In this document: one piece after another, positions 46,920 to 56,457 of the stretch
Numbering within the stretch: position 1 is the stretch's first letter
Layout of the letters: each line of letters begins with the position of its first letter
Assembly: GCA_963702895.1 (NCBI GenBank)
Contig: OY969767.1
Location: 2,624,001 to 2,688,000 of the forward strand
Source of the DNA: an uncultured Elusimicrobia bacterium
GTDB lineage: Bacteria; Elusimicrobiota; Elusimicrobia; 2-01-FULL-59-12
Reading direction: 5' to 3'
DNA: 64,000 nucleotides
Translations under genes and position numbers: made by a program
Notes under the pieces: generated by a model
What the model was told of the DNA's origin: nothing
Database searches by the model: none
What the model saw: the letters and a program-made list of their open reading frames with translations, nothing else

Positions 46920-47696
46920 TTAGAATGGGTAGCTGACGCGCAGCGTCGGGATGATAAATTCCAGGCGGATGTCGGGGTTATAGATTCTCTGGTAGCGGCC
47001 CTCCAGGCTCACCTTGGCTTTCTGCGCCGTCCACGTCAGGCCGCCTCCTAAAGTGATCCCGCAATAAACCTGTTCGTTCGAGTAGAACGAAAGATGGTGC
47101 CCGTCCATCTCAATATCGGCTGTCTGATTCACGTAGAAGCCCCCGAGGCCGAGAAGCGCATAAGGCCTTAAGCCGCTGGTGCTGGTGAGCAGACCAGGCC
47201 CCAGGCGCAGGAGGGGCGTGAACTCTAAGATCTTGAAAGAAGAGGACACCCCGTATTCAAATGTTTCGTTTAGGGTAAAGCCATAGAGAAAGTTGGCGTT
47301 CTCCTCCAGCTCCTCCCGGCCCACTTCCAGGCCGTGGTGAAACGCGTAGCTGACTTGCAGGCCCAACGTCGACCAGGAATTGATTTTCCTCGAAACCGAC
47401 GTGCTCAGGAGAAAAGAAGGATCCATTTTAGCGGTAAACGAATCTGTTCCGATCAGGAGGATGGAACTCTCGGTTAGAAAAATGTGGTAGAGTGGCGGAA
47501 AATAGGCTTCCACCCCCAGGGGCAAGGAAGCGCCGGCTGCAATATCGGCGCTCCAGCGGTTGTTGGGCCCAAAGGAGGCTTCCCAGTACAAGCTCTCCTG
47601 GTCCCCCCAGCTGCTCAACAGATCATCGTTGACCGACGCATCGCCTTTCGGGGGAAGGCCCAAGCACAGCGCAGCAAAAAGCAGCGCAATCCGCAT
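46920..47696 (-). CDS. Outer-membrane beta-barrel protein (OmpW/OmpA-TM-like)
   Basis: Signal peptide, RPYALLGLGG, LEGRY, terminal YPF. Confidence 0.7.
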   Translation of the reverse strand: MRIALLFAALCLGLPPKGDASVNDDLLSSWGDQESLYWEASFGPNNRWSADIAAGASLPLGVEAYFPPLYHIFLTESSILLIGTDSFTAKMDPSFLLSTSVSRKINSWSTLGLQVSYAFHHGLEVGREELEENANFLYGFTLNETFEYGVSSSFKILEFTPLLRLGPGLLTSTSGLRPYALLGLGGFYVNQTADIEMDGHHLSFYSNEQVYCGITLGGGLTWTAQKAKVSLEGRYQRIYNPDIRLEFIIPTLRVSYPF

Positions 47697-47812
47697 CCGT
47701 TCCGTCACCGACACTATATAACGGGAGACGTTTGATAATGCAAGCGCCAAGAAAAGCCCCGATGGGAATGCCGAGGATCTGGCCCGAAGCATTTTTTTAT
47801 AATCAAACGCTC

Positions 47813-49177
47813 ATGAAAAAATCGGCGCTCCTCATCCTCTGGCTTTTCGCAGGAGCCTCCTGGTGCCAAGCGGAGAACGCATCCCCCTCCGCGGCGTTGG
47901 CGGGCTATGTCGAAACGGTGTTGCGGCATCACGCGGGGCTTCGTGCGGCAGAATCGAGAGTTCAAGCGGCAGAAGCGGGGCTTAAGGAGACTCAATATCA
48001 GCGGCTTCCGAACCTCTCGGCCCGCAGCACCCTAACGCGCGGGGATAATCCTGTGTTTGTCTTCGGGTCGCTCCTCGAGCAGGGACGCTTTGGTCCTGAG
48101 AATTTCGCGATCGACTCTCTCAACAACCCCTCCGCCCTCACCAATATTAAAAGCGCGCTCGATTTGGGTGTTCCCCTCTTTACGGGCCTTGACCTCACAA
48201 GCGCCTCCCGCCAAAGAGAGCTCGCGGCCCGGCAAGCGACCGACGAACGCAACGCCCTGGCACAAGGAGTGCGCCTGAAGGCTGCATCGGCTTATCTGGA
48301 AGCACTTCTCAACCGCGAACTCTTACTCGAGCTTGACCAACGCCTGGCGGCCTCTCGCGAAGAGGTTGGTAACGCGAAGCGCCTGAAAGACCGAGGCGTC
48401 GTTCTGGGTTCGGACTATTATGCCGCCCTGGCCTTGTTTCATGGTCTCAGCGCCTGGCGCGTGGAGCTCTCCAACCAACAGCAGCAGATCCGGTCCCAGC
48501 TGACGATTTTGGCGGGCGCGCCAAGCCCGGCGCTTACGGGACGCTTGAACGAGAAAAGCCCCGCCCTTCCTGAAGAACAAGAGCTGGTCGCCCAAGCGCT
48601 CAAGCAAAGGCCGGATCTGGCCGCATCGGCCCGAATGGTCGAGCAGGCCGAAGTCGGCGCTCAGCAGGCCGGGCGGACGATCTGGCCTCGGATCGACGGT
48701 TTTGCCTCCCTTGAAACGAATACCAACGATTTCGAATCGAACCCGACCAACCATCTTTTTGGGGTCGCCGCCAGGCTCCCGTTCGGCGATCCTTCTTTCT
48801 TCGCGCGGCGCTCCCGGGCCGCTTCCAGTCAGAGCGCCGCCCTGGAAGCCCGCAAAGCCAACGAAGAAGCCGCGTTGCTTGAGCTCTCGGGAGCCTATCA
48901 TGCCTACCGGACCGCGACCGAAAGCCTTCCCATCATGAAAGAAATGGCAGCCAGTGCCGAAGAATCCCTCCGGCTCTTCCGTCCTCTCTACCGGTCCGGC
49001 CGCCAGAGCATTCTGGATGTTCTGCGGGCGGAGGAGGCCCTGGCCAAAGCGCGTGCGGCCTATTGGCAATCCTTGTTTCGGCTTCACGTTGGACACCTTC
49101 AGCTCATGGCGGCTTCTGGCGCGTTAAATAGCGACATCGTCCAGAATTTAAGTCAGCGCCTGGAGGCAAAACCTTGA
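47813..49177 (+). CDS. TolC-family outer-membrane factor
   Basis: Signal peptide, VPLFTG, YRSGRQSILDVLRAE. Confidence 0.88.
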   Translation: MKKSALLILWLFAGASWCQAENASPSAALAGYVETVLRHHAGLRAAESRVQAAEAGLKETQYQRLPNLSARSTLTRGDNPVFVFGSLLEQGRFGPENFAIDSLNNPSALTNIKSALDLGVPLFTGLDLTSASRQRELAARQATDERNALAQGVRLKAASAYLEALLNRELLLELDQRLAASREEVGNAKRLKDRGVVLGSDYYAALALFHGLSAWRVELSNQQQQIRSQLTILAGAPSPALTGRLNEKSPALPEEQELVAQALKQRPDLAASARMVEQAEVGAQQAGRTIWPRIDGFASLETNTNDFESNPTNHLFGVAARLPFGDPSFFARRSRAASSQSAALEARKANEEAALLELSGAYHAYRTATESLPIMKEMAASAEESLRLFRPLYRSGRQSILDVLRAEEALAKARAAYWQSLFRLHVGHLQLMAASGALNSDIVQNLSQRLEAKP

Positions 49178-52100
49178 CCCAACACCTCGGCCTTGCCGGT
49201 AAACTCGCCCAGACCTTTATCCAATCGAAGCTCACGCTCCTGTTGGTGCTGGCCGCACTTGGCGCCGGGGCGCTCGCGACCCTCGTCCTTCCACGCGAAG
49301 AAGAGCCCCAGATTAAAGTCCCCATGTTCGATGTGTTCGTTTCCTATCCGGGCGCAAGCGCCCAAGAGGTGGAAGAGCGTATCGTCAACGTCGGCGAGCG
49401 AAAGCTTTGGGAAATCCCCGGAGTGGAATACATCTACACCACCGCGCAGGCGCACGGGGCACTTTTTATCATCCGGTTTAAGGTGGGGACAAGCCCTGAA
49501 GAGGCGATGACCCTTGTGTATACCAAGACTTTCGCCAACGTGGACCTCTTGCCGCCCGGGTCCGGACAGCCGCTCATTAAACCACGCACCATCGATGATG
49601 TTCCGATCCTGGCGCTTACGCTTTCCGGAAAAACCGCCAACGCCTTGGCGCTTCGGCAGGCGGCCGCACTCTTGCGCCAGGAAGTAAGCGCTGTCCCCAA
49701 CGTGTCTGAAACGAGCATCATCGGTGGACGTCGCAGGCAATTCCTGGTCCATTTTGACCCTCGCAAGCTCGCCGAGATTCGCATGACGCCTTTGGAGGTG
49801 GCGGGGCTCATTCAGGCGTCCAATAAGCGGCTTCCTGCGGGGTATTTGACCCAGGAGAAAGACATTACGCTTGTCGAGACGGACGCCTTTATCCGGACGG
49901 CAGAGGATTTAAGCCAAGTCGTGGTGGGACTCTCCGGCGGACGACCTGTCCACCTGGCGGATGTCGCCGTGGTCCGTGATGGTCCTGACGAAGACGAGAA
50001 AGAGGTTTACACCCAAACCGAAGGAGCGCCCGAACCCGCCGTCACACTGTCCGTTTCCAAGCGCAAAGGCGCCAACGCCATCGTGGTGGCGCGTGAGGTC
50101 GTCCAGCGCGTCGAGGAGCTCAAGACCCTCCTCCCCGCGGATCTTTCCATCAGCGTGACCCGTAATTACGGGAAGACCGCCAAAGAAAAATCGGATGAGC
50201 TTCTCTTCCATGTGTTTCTCGCCACCTTATCCGTGACGATCCTGATCGCGCTCACCCTTGGTATTCGCGAGGCGCTCGTGGTGCTCGTGGCAATTCCCGT
50301 GACGCTGGCGTTGACGCTCGTGATCTACACGCTCTTCGGCTATACGCTCAACCGCATCACGCTTTTTGCCCTGATCTTCTCCATCGGGATCCTGGTGGAC
50401 GACGCGATTGTGGTGGTGGAGAACATTCACCGGCACTATACGATGCATGATGGGCGCTCCTTATGGGAACTCTCGGTGGATGCGGTCGCCGAAGTCGGCA
50501 ACCCCACGGTGCTCGCCACTTGGACCGTGATTGCCGCCATTCTCCCGATGGCCTTTGTGGGCGGGCTCATGGGTCCCTACATGCGGCCCATTCCGGTGGG
50601 GGCGTCCTTTGCCATGCTCTTTTCTCTGGCTATTGCCTTTATGGTTTCCCCATGGGCCTTCGCACATATTCTCGACTGGTGGAAGCCCAAAACCCAGCAC
50701 AAGGCCTCCGAGGGCCGCTTGGACCAGCTCTATCGGAAAATGATGGGCGGCCTCTTGGACAACGCGCGCGTGCGCGGGATCTATTTGGGCAGCATGGTCC
50801 TGCTGCTCCTTGGCGCTGTCTCGCTTGTTTTCTTCAAGCTTGTCACAGTGAAAATGCTGCCGTTTGATAACAAGGATGAGTTTGAGGTGGTCTTGAATAT
50901 GTCGGAGTCCTCCTCCTTGGCGCTCACGCGCGAGGCGGCCCTTGAGATGGCAGGTTCGCTTAAAACCATCCCGGAAGTTCGCCAGGTGACCACCTACCTG
51001 GGGACAAGCGCCCCGTATAACTTTAATGGCTTGGTTCGGCATTACTTCCTGCGCGAGAGTCCTTCCCAGGCGGATATCATGGTGAACCTGGCGCCGCGCC
51101 ATGAGCGCAAGCGCCAGAGCCATGCCATCGCAAGCGCGGCGCGCCCGGCCCTTCATGCGATCGCCAAAAAGTACAACGCAAGGATCCAAGTTGCGGAAGT
51201 TCCCCCCGGACCGCCGGTTCTGTCCACGCTCGTTTTTGAAGTCTATGGCCCGAACGCTGAAGAGAGGCTGACGTTCGCGCGCCGGCTCAAAGCGCTCCTG
51301 GAAGAGTCGGAGGGGATCGTGGATGTCGACACCTACGTTCCGGATCCCCAACCTTTGGCGCGCCTGCTCGTGGACCGGGAAGCGGCGACCTTAAACGCCA
51401 TTGCCCCCGTCCAAGTGGCGCAAACCGTGAGTCTTGCCGTGGCCGGGCAAACCGTGGATCTGGCGCATACCACCTCCGACAAAGAGCCGGTCGAGATCCG
51501 CATGCGCCTGCCCGAAAAAGCGCGCCGCGATGTGGAGGCCGCGCGTTCGATCCGTCTTCTTTCGCGCAACGGCACCCCCATCCCGATCCGGGACCTCACG
51601 CATGTGGAGTCCGCCCAGGCGGACCAGCCCATCTACCACAAAAACCTCTTGCCTGTGTCGTACGTGATTGCCGATGTGGCAGGCAAGCAGGAGAGCCCCG
51701 TCTACGCGATCCTGGCCGTGCGGTCCAAAATTGAGGACCTCGCCAAATCCCTGAAACTCGATATGAAATCCTATTTTTCGAAAATGCCGGAGAGCTCCCA
51801 GGAGACGGCGCTCAAGTGGGACGGCGAGTGGCAGATCACCTATGAAGTGTTCCGGGACTTAGGCGTGGCCTTTGCGATCGTGCTGCTTTTGATTTATGTG
51901 CTCGTCGTGGCGTGGTTCCAGTCCTTTTCGGTGCCGCTCGTCATCATGGCGCCCATTCCGCTCACCCTCGTGGGCATCCTGCCTGGCCATTGGCTCATGG
52001 GCGCCTTCTTTACAGCGACTTCCATGATCGGTTTTATCGCCGGCGCGGGGATTGTCGTCCGTAACTCGATCATCCTGGTCGACTTTATCCAGCTGAGACA

Positions 52101-52329
52101 GAAAGAAGGCATACCGCTCAAGGAAGCGGTGATTGACGCGGGAGCCGTGCGCTTCCGTCCGATGCTCCTCACGGCGGCCGCGGTCGTGGCCGGCGCGGGC
52201 GTGATCCTCTTTGACCCCATCTTTCAGGGCCTGGCCGTCGCGCTCATGGCGGGCGAAGTCGCTTCCACACTCTTGTCGCGTGTCGCCGTTCCTGTTCTCT
52301 ACTACATGCTCGCCCGAAGGTGGGAATAA
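49174..52329 (+). CDS. RND efflux permease (AcrB/CusA superfamily)
   Basis: PREEEPQI, GILVDDAIVVVENI, VRNSIILVDF, RFRPMLLT. Confidence 0.93.
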   Translation: MTQHLGLAGKLAQTFIQSKLTLLLVLAALGAGALATLVLPREEEPQIKVPMFDVFVSYPGASAQEVEERIVNVGERKLWEIPGVEYIYTTAQAHGALFIIRFKVGTSPEEAMTLVYTKTFANVDLLPPGSGQPLIKPRTIDDVPILALTLSGKTANALALRQAAALLRQEVSAVPNVSETSIIGGRRRQFLVHFDPRKLAEIRMTPLEVAGLIQASNKRLPAGYLTQEKDITLVETDAFIRTAEDLSQVVVGLSGGRPVHLADVAVVRDGPDEDEKEVYTQTEGAPEPAVTLSVSKRKGANAIVVAREVVQRVEELKTLLPADLSISVTRNYGKTAKEKSDELLFHVFLATLSVTILIALTLGIREALVVLVAIPVTLALTLVIYTLFGYTLNRITLFALIFSIGILVDDAIVVVENIHRHYTMHDGRSLWELSVDAVAEVGNPTVLATWTVIAAILPMAFVGGLMGPYMRPIPVGASFAMLFSLAIAFMVSPWAFAHILDWWKPKTQHKASEGRLDQLYRKMMGGLLDNARVRGIYLGSMVLLLLGAVSLVFFKLVTVKMLPFDNKDEFEVVLNMSESSSLALTREAALEMAGSLKTIPEVRQVTTYLGTSAPYNFNGLVRHYFLRESPSQADIMVNLAPRHERKRQSHAIASAARPALHAIAKKYNARIQVAEVPPGPPVLSTLVFEVYGPNAEERLTFARRLKALLEESEGIVDVDTYVPDPQPLARLLVDREAATLNAIAPVQVAQTVSLAVAGQTVDLAHTTSDKEPVEIRMRLPEKARRDVEAARSIRLLSRNGTPIPIRDLTHVESAQADQPIYHKNLLPVSYVIADVAGKQESPVYAILAVRSKIEDLAKSLKLDMKSYFSKMPESSQETALKWDGEWQITYEVFRDLGVAFAIVLLLIYVLVVAWFQSFSVPLVIMAPIPLTLVGILPGHWLMGAFFTATSMIGFIAGAGIVVRNSIILVDFIQLRQKEGIPLKEAVIDAGAVRFRPMLLTAAAVVAGAGVILFDPIFQGLAVALMAGEVASTLLSRVAVPVLYYMLARRWE

Positions 52330-52331
52330 GA

Positions 52332-52418
52332 CCCGGGGACGTTCCTCACGATCTCACGGTGTGACTCCGCTCGTCTTGATGCTTACCACACCGTGAGATC
52401 GTGAGGAACGTCCCCGGG
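52332..52418. repeat. Perfect 32-bp inverted repeat with 23-nt loop
   Basis: CCCGGGGACGTTCCTCACGATCTCACGGTGTG (52332-52363) and its exact reverse complement (52387-52418). Confidence 0.92.
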
Positions 52419-52438
52419 ATGTTGAAAGGAGACACACC

Positions 52439-52660
52439 ATGACACTCGAACGAAGAATCCGTTTGATCGCCGGGTCGTTGATTCTCTTAAGTCTTGCCCT
52501 GGCTCACTGGGTGAGCCCCCTGTGGCTCTGGTTTACGGCTTTTGTGGGCGCCAACCTCATCCAATCCTCGATCACCCGCTGGTGCCTGATGGAAGATATC
52601 CTGCGCAAGCTCAACCTCGCCGGCCCGGGCTGCTGCGGCGACTCCATGAAAAAGCTATAA
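52439..52660 (+). CDS. DUF2892 (YgaP-like) membrane protein
   Basis: ERRIRLIAG, FVGANLIQS..TRWC; AGGAGA RBS. Confidence 0.88.
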   Translation: MTLERRIRLIAGSLILLSLALAHWVSPLWLWFTAFVGANLIQSSITRWCLMEDILRKLNLAGPGCCGDSMKKL

Positions 52661-52877
52661 AAGGGCTTTCGCCCGAGCCTATTCGCCGACTCTCCGTTCA
52701 AAAAGTTCCTATCCCTGTGTTTAATTGCCGGTATCTTCCTCCTTCGTTTTTGGTCCAAGAATACCCTCGAAGTGAATCCCCCGCTGTGCATTCTCCTTTC
52801 ATTCGTGAATATTCTCTGCTCTTTTGCATCTAAGGGATAGGGACGCAGGACGTTTTGTCCTGGGAAGAGAGGCTCCT

Positions 52878-53351
52878 ATGAAGCGAACGAGGCATCTGAG
52901 GCTGTATTTAGACACAACCATACCAAGCTACGTCTTTGCTGTGGATTCTCCCGAACGCATGAAGATCACGAAAGAATTTCTCAGGCTGACCCATTCCCCT
53001 GATTACGAAATGTTCATTTCTGACGTGGTGATTCGAGAAATACAGAAAGCCTCGGAACCCAAGCAGTCGTTATTGCTGCAAGTCGTTCATTCCATGCCAT
53101 TGCTTCTGTCTTCACCTGAATCTGATTCACTGGCCGAGGCCTATCTTCAGTCAGGCGCTCTTCCGTGGAGTTCTTTCGAAGATGCATGCCATGTCGCCAT
53201 CGCAACGCTGTATAATATGGACGCTTTAATTAGCTGGAACTTCGGGCATCTCGTGAATATTCGACGGGCAAAAGCCATCGGCGCGGTTAACAAGCAAAGA
53301 GGCCTCCCCCATATCGAGATTCTGAGCCCAGAAGAGGTTATCCCATCATGA
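52878..53351 (+). CDS. PIN-domain toxin
   Basis: YLDTTIPS, ISDVVIRE, DACHVAIA, SWNFGHLVN, I.SPEE. Confidence 0.85.
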   Translation: MKRTRHLRLYLDTTIPSYVFAVDSPERMKITKEFLRLTHSPDYEMFISDVVIREIQKASEPKQSLLLQVVHSMPLLLSSPESDSLAEAYLQSGALPWSSFEDACHVAIATLYNMDALISWNFGHLVNIRRAKAIGAVNKQRGLPHIEILSPEEVIPS

Positions 53352-53494
53352 GGAAAATCGATAAAACATTAAAAGAAGTACGGTCTTGGAAGCGCAAAGT
53401 TGCCGCAAAAGTGAAGAAAATGAGCCGGTCGGAACGCGTGGCGTACTTTAATGCGGCCAAAAACCTTCTTTCCCCTAAACAGCGCGCTGCCTAA
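53348..53494 (+). CDS. Probable antitoxin (48 aa)
   Basis: Not in track. MRKIDKTLKEVRSWKRKVAAKVKKMSRSERVAYFNAAKNLLSPKQRAA; ATGA overlap with the PIN stop. Confidence 0.65.
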   Translation: MRKIDKTLKEVRSWKRKVAAKVKKMSRSERVAYFNAAKNLLSPKQRAA

Positions 53495-53507
53495 GAATAA
53501 GCACCTC

Positions 53508-53750
53508 TCAAGAGCAGCGAACGAGAACGATCTTCGCGGGCGAATGGGCCCCTTTGATGATCCAAAGCTTACCGGCAGGAACGGCCAGATGACGCGAAAG
53601 AATCTCTAAAACTGCCCGATTCGCACGCGCACCCTCCGCCGGTTCTTTCACCCAAATTTCAAACCGGTCAGGCCCCATCGGCTTGAGCCGATTTTCTTGG
53701 GCAGCTGCATGAACTTTCAATTTTAAATGAGTTCTTTGAGGATCTCCCAT
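53508..53750 (-). CDS. DUF167 (YggU-like) protein
   Basis: VKEPAEGARANRAV, IIKGAHSPAK. Confidence 0.85.
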   Translation of the reverse strand: MGDPQRTHLKLKVHAAAQENRLKPMGPDRFEIWVKEPAEGARANRAVLEILSRHLAVPAGKLWIIKGAHSPAKIVLVRCS

Positions 53751-53821
53751 AGCCTCATCTTATCATCCACCAGAAGGTCCTATCTCAGAATATGGGTCCT
53801 TTAGACCGCAAGATCACCCGC

Positions 53822-54268
53822 TTAAGGCGTTCCTGGACAGCGGAGGCTGGCGGGATCGAGCTCTCCCTTAGGATCTCTCTGAAATTGCACGCCGTAACGC
53901 CAGGGAGAGTCGGTCCCGCCGCCTGTGGAAAACCAGACTTCGCAGGCTTGGCGGCCGCCCTTCAGGGCCTTGCACGACGATGTCACTTGGTTCTGGCCAT
54001 TCTCCGGAATCAAGGCGGAGGTCAAGTGAGCCAAATAATCGCCGAGCGTATGGATCTTGCCCTCGGGTGTCCGGATGTCGCAGCCCTTTTCAACGCTCGC
54101 CGTATCCAAAGCGAGAGCTTGCTTGCCCGTGAGCAGGCGCAGCAGCGCTTCGGTCGAGGGGGCGGCGGAGCCCTTTGCCGAAACAGCGGATGCCGCGAAA
54201 AGACAAAACGCCAGGACACACATCACCGTGCGAGAAATCACTGTCCAGAAAAGTTCTTCCCGATTCAT
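53822..54268 (-). CDS. Secreted hypothetical protein (4 Cys in mature part)
   Basis: Signal peptide; ATGA overlap with upstream gene. Confidence 0.6.
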   Translation of the reverse strand: MNREELFWTVISRTVMCVLAFCLFAASAVSAKGSAAPSTEALLRLLTGKQALALDTASVEKGCDIRTPEGKIHTLGDYLAHLTSALIPENGQNQVTSSCKALKGGRQACEVWFSTGGGTDSPWRYGVQFQRDPKGELDPASLRCPGTP

Positions 54269-54759
54269 TTGGAAACACCTTTCATCCCATGTTGTCGTCG
54301 GTATTCATCCAGAATAGCCTTCGGTGAGGTCAGCTGTGCCGCACCGTCCGAGGGGGCAAGCGATAGGGAGTCATCGACTCCCGGGACGAAAAGCTCGTAG
54401 CGAAGGTTCCCTTGCGCATCCTTGCGCTGGGTCAAGCTTGTCCACACGGCGCCGTTGTGGATCGTCACGTATTCCGTTGAGCCGTAGGCCCCCGGCCGAA
54501 CGTCGTGGTTGATCACTTTTCCGTCCCAAGGGCTTTCAATCCCCTTGAACCACACGAGAGCGCCGCTTGTGCCGGCCCCCTTATACGGAGCGACGTCGAC
54601 TGTGACGTTGCCTTGACCGACGAACGATTTGGCATACGTCGCCAAGGTGATCTTCTTCATGTCCAGCGGCTTTCCTTCAGTTGATTTCGAAGCCGCGTGG
54701 CCGTCCCCGGCCATCAGCCCGATGAGTCCAACCATCAAAACGGCGCAGTTGTATTTCAT
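54265..54759 (-). CDS. Secreted hypothetical protein
   Basis: Signal peptide MKYNCAVLMVGLIGLMAGDGHA; AAGGA RBS. Confidence 0.6.
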   Translation of the reverse strand: MKYNCAVLMVGLIGLMAGDGHAASKSTEGKPLDMKKITLATYAKSFVGQGNVTVDVAPYKGAGTSGALVWFKGIESPWDGKVINHDVRPGAYGSTEYVTIHNGAVWTSLTQRKDAQGNLRYELFVPGVDDSLSLAPSDGAAQLTSPKAILDEYRRQHGMKGVSK

Positions 54760-54778
54760 GTTGATCCTTTCACGGTTC

Positions 54779-56281
54779 TCATTTCTTCTTCTTTGTGGTT
54801 CCCGCCTCGACCGTAAACTCGCCGAGGAAGTTCTTTTCATTGTACTCTGGGTTGTCCTGACCCATCATCGTCGGCGCCGCGATGACCTCGTCTAAGTCGG
54901 ATACGGCCTTATGAATCATCGGCAGCCCGCGGATTCCGCGGGCCGACGGCTCGTGCGGAACGCCTGCGAGTTCGAGTTCCCGCTCAAGCTGCGCTTCGTC
55001 GTCACCCGCCGCCTCCGCGAGCGGCACCCACGCATCCCATCCCCAGGCCCTGCTCTGCGCCTGTTGTTGCAGGTAGCGCACCAGGGGTCTGCCCAGGGGA
55101 CGACCGTTGATCACGATGCTGTGCAAAGCAGGGAGGCGGCCCAGGGGTTTCACATCGGCGGGTGTTAAGCGCCGGTCCGATGAAAAGGATAGAACCTGAA
55201 GTGCGGCAAAACCGCGTATTCCCTTAAAAGCCTCCGGTGTGATGCTCGTGCCGCTGATTTCCAGATAACGCAGACGCGGCAGGCCGCTGAGCGCCTTCAA
55301 GCCTTTTTCGCCCACCTTCGTGTTAGTCAGAGCAATTTCGCGGAGTTGATCCAGGTGAGCAAGAGTTTGGGCGCCGGCATCTGAGATTTGTGCCCCCGTA
55401 AGGTCAAGACGCTGGAGGTTTTTGAAAGCGGATAGCGCCGGAAGGTCATCCTCTCGGATTGAAGCACCCAAAAAGAGCGTGTGGATCCGGGGCAGGCCCC
55501 CTAAGGCGGCCAGTCCCGCTCGGCTGACGCGTGCCTGGTGAAGATCCAATTGCTCAAGCGATGCGAGCGACTGGAGATTCTTTAAGCCTTCATCTGTCAC
55601 CGATGGCCCCAGGTCCAGCTGCCGCAGCGGCAGATGAAGAAGTCTTTTCAAGCCCTGATCGCTGACGCGGCTTCCGAGGAGGCTCAGCCGTTCTAATTGG
55701 GTGAGGCGGGCGATCGTTTTCAAAGCTTGGTCCGTAATGAGGGAGCCAGGGACGCTTAAAACGCGGAGTTGTCGCAGGGTGCCCAGAAAGGCAATACCTT
55801 GATCGGTAACGCCCTCGCTCAATGTCAGGACAAGCAGGTCATAGAGCCGCGCGATGGTCGGCAGCGCGCGGTCGTCGGTTCGCGTCCCTTCCAATTTCAA
55901 GAGGCGGAATTTGTAGGTGGGATCAGCTCTTCCAGATGCCCAGAGGCCCGACTGGAACAGTGTTTCGAGATCTCCGTTGGTCAAGGTCTTATGATGGGTG
56001 AAATCCAGTCCTGGAACACTTTGCCGCAGAACGAATTTCGCGAGCGCCTCCATTCCCTGCAGTGCCCGGACAGATTCGTCCATGCGCACATACCAAAGAT
56101 AGGATTGGATGGCCGCTCGATCCGCGGGAAGGCCGGGTCCGAGAGAGCGATCGGCAAAGACCTCCGGACGATAGAGAAAAACGCGTAAATTGCGCGAGAG
56201 ATCAGTCGCCTGAAGAGTCCGGCCCGCCACAGCGAGTAAGAATAAAAAGAGAGAAGCCGCGATCCATTTTCGCCCGGTCAT
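54779..56281 (-). CDS. Exported leucine-rich-repeat protein
   Basis: About 10 repeats of LxxLxLxxxxI/V-TDxGLxxL; signal peptide. Confidence 0.8.
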   Translation of the reverse strand: MTGRKWIAASLFLFLLAVAGRTLQATDLSRNLRVFLYRPEVFADRSLGPGLPADRAAIQSYLWYVRMDESVRALQGMEALAKFVLRQSVPGLDFTHHKTLTNGDLETLFQSGLWASGRADPTYKFRLLKLEGTRTDDRALPTIARLYDLLVLTLSEGVTDQGIAFLGTLRQLRVLSVPGSLITDQALKTIARLTQLERLSLLGSRVSDQGLKRLLHLPLRQLDLGPSVTDEGLKNLQSLASLEQLDLHQARVSRAGLAALGGLPRIHTLFLGASIREDDLPALSAFKNLQRLDLTGAQISDAGAQTLAHLDQLREIALTNTKVGEKGLKALSGLPRLRYLEISGTSITPEAFKGIRGFAALQVLSFSSDRRLTPADVKPLGRLPALHSIVINGRPLGRPLVRYLQQQAQSRAWGWDAWVPLAEAAGDDEAQLERELELAGVPHEPSARGIRGLPMIHKAVSDLDEVIAAPTMMGQDNPEYNEKNFLGEFTVEAGTTKKKK

Positions 56282-56388
56282 GGATGAATAGGAAAAATAA
56301 AGCATATGTCTTCGATAGACGCTAGGCCTATTTCCCTATTTTCGATTCGCTCTTTGGTGTCTGCTCTTTTCTATGCGGAAACGGAGCC

Positions 56389-56452
56389 CTTGGCCCAGCG
56401 TCGCTTGAGCCAGACGGTGGCGTCGTCAAAGAGCGAGTAGGCGACCGGCGTG
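56389..56452 (-). repeat. 64-bp direct repeat of the RND gene 3' end (other copy 60442-60505)
   Basis: 63/64 identical; encodes TPVAYSLFDDATVWLKRRWAK, then GSVSA-stop. Confidence 0.92.
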
Positions 56453-56457
56453 TCGTG

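Noticed and set aside
52661..52877. Gene or ncRNA upstream of the PIN toxin
   Set aside because: No convincing ORF or structure
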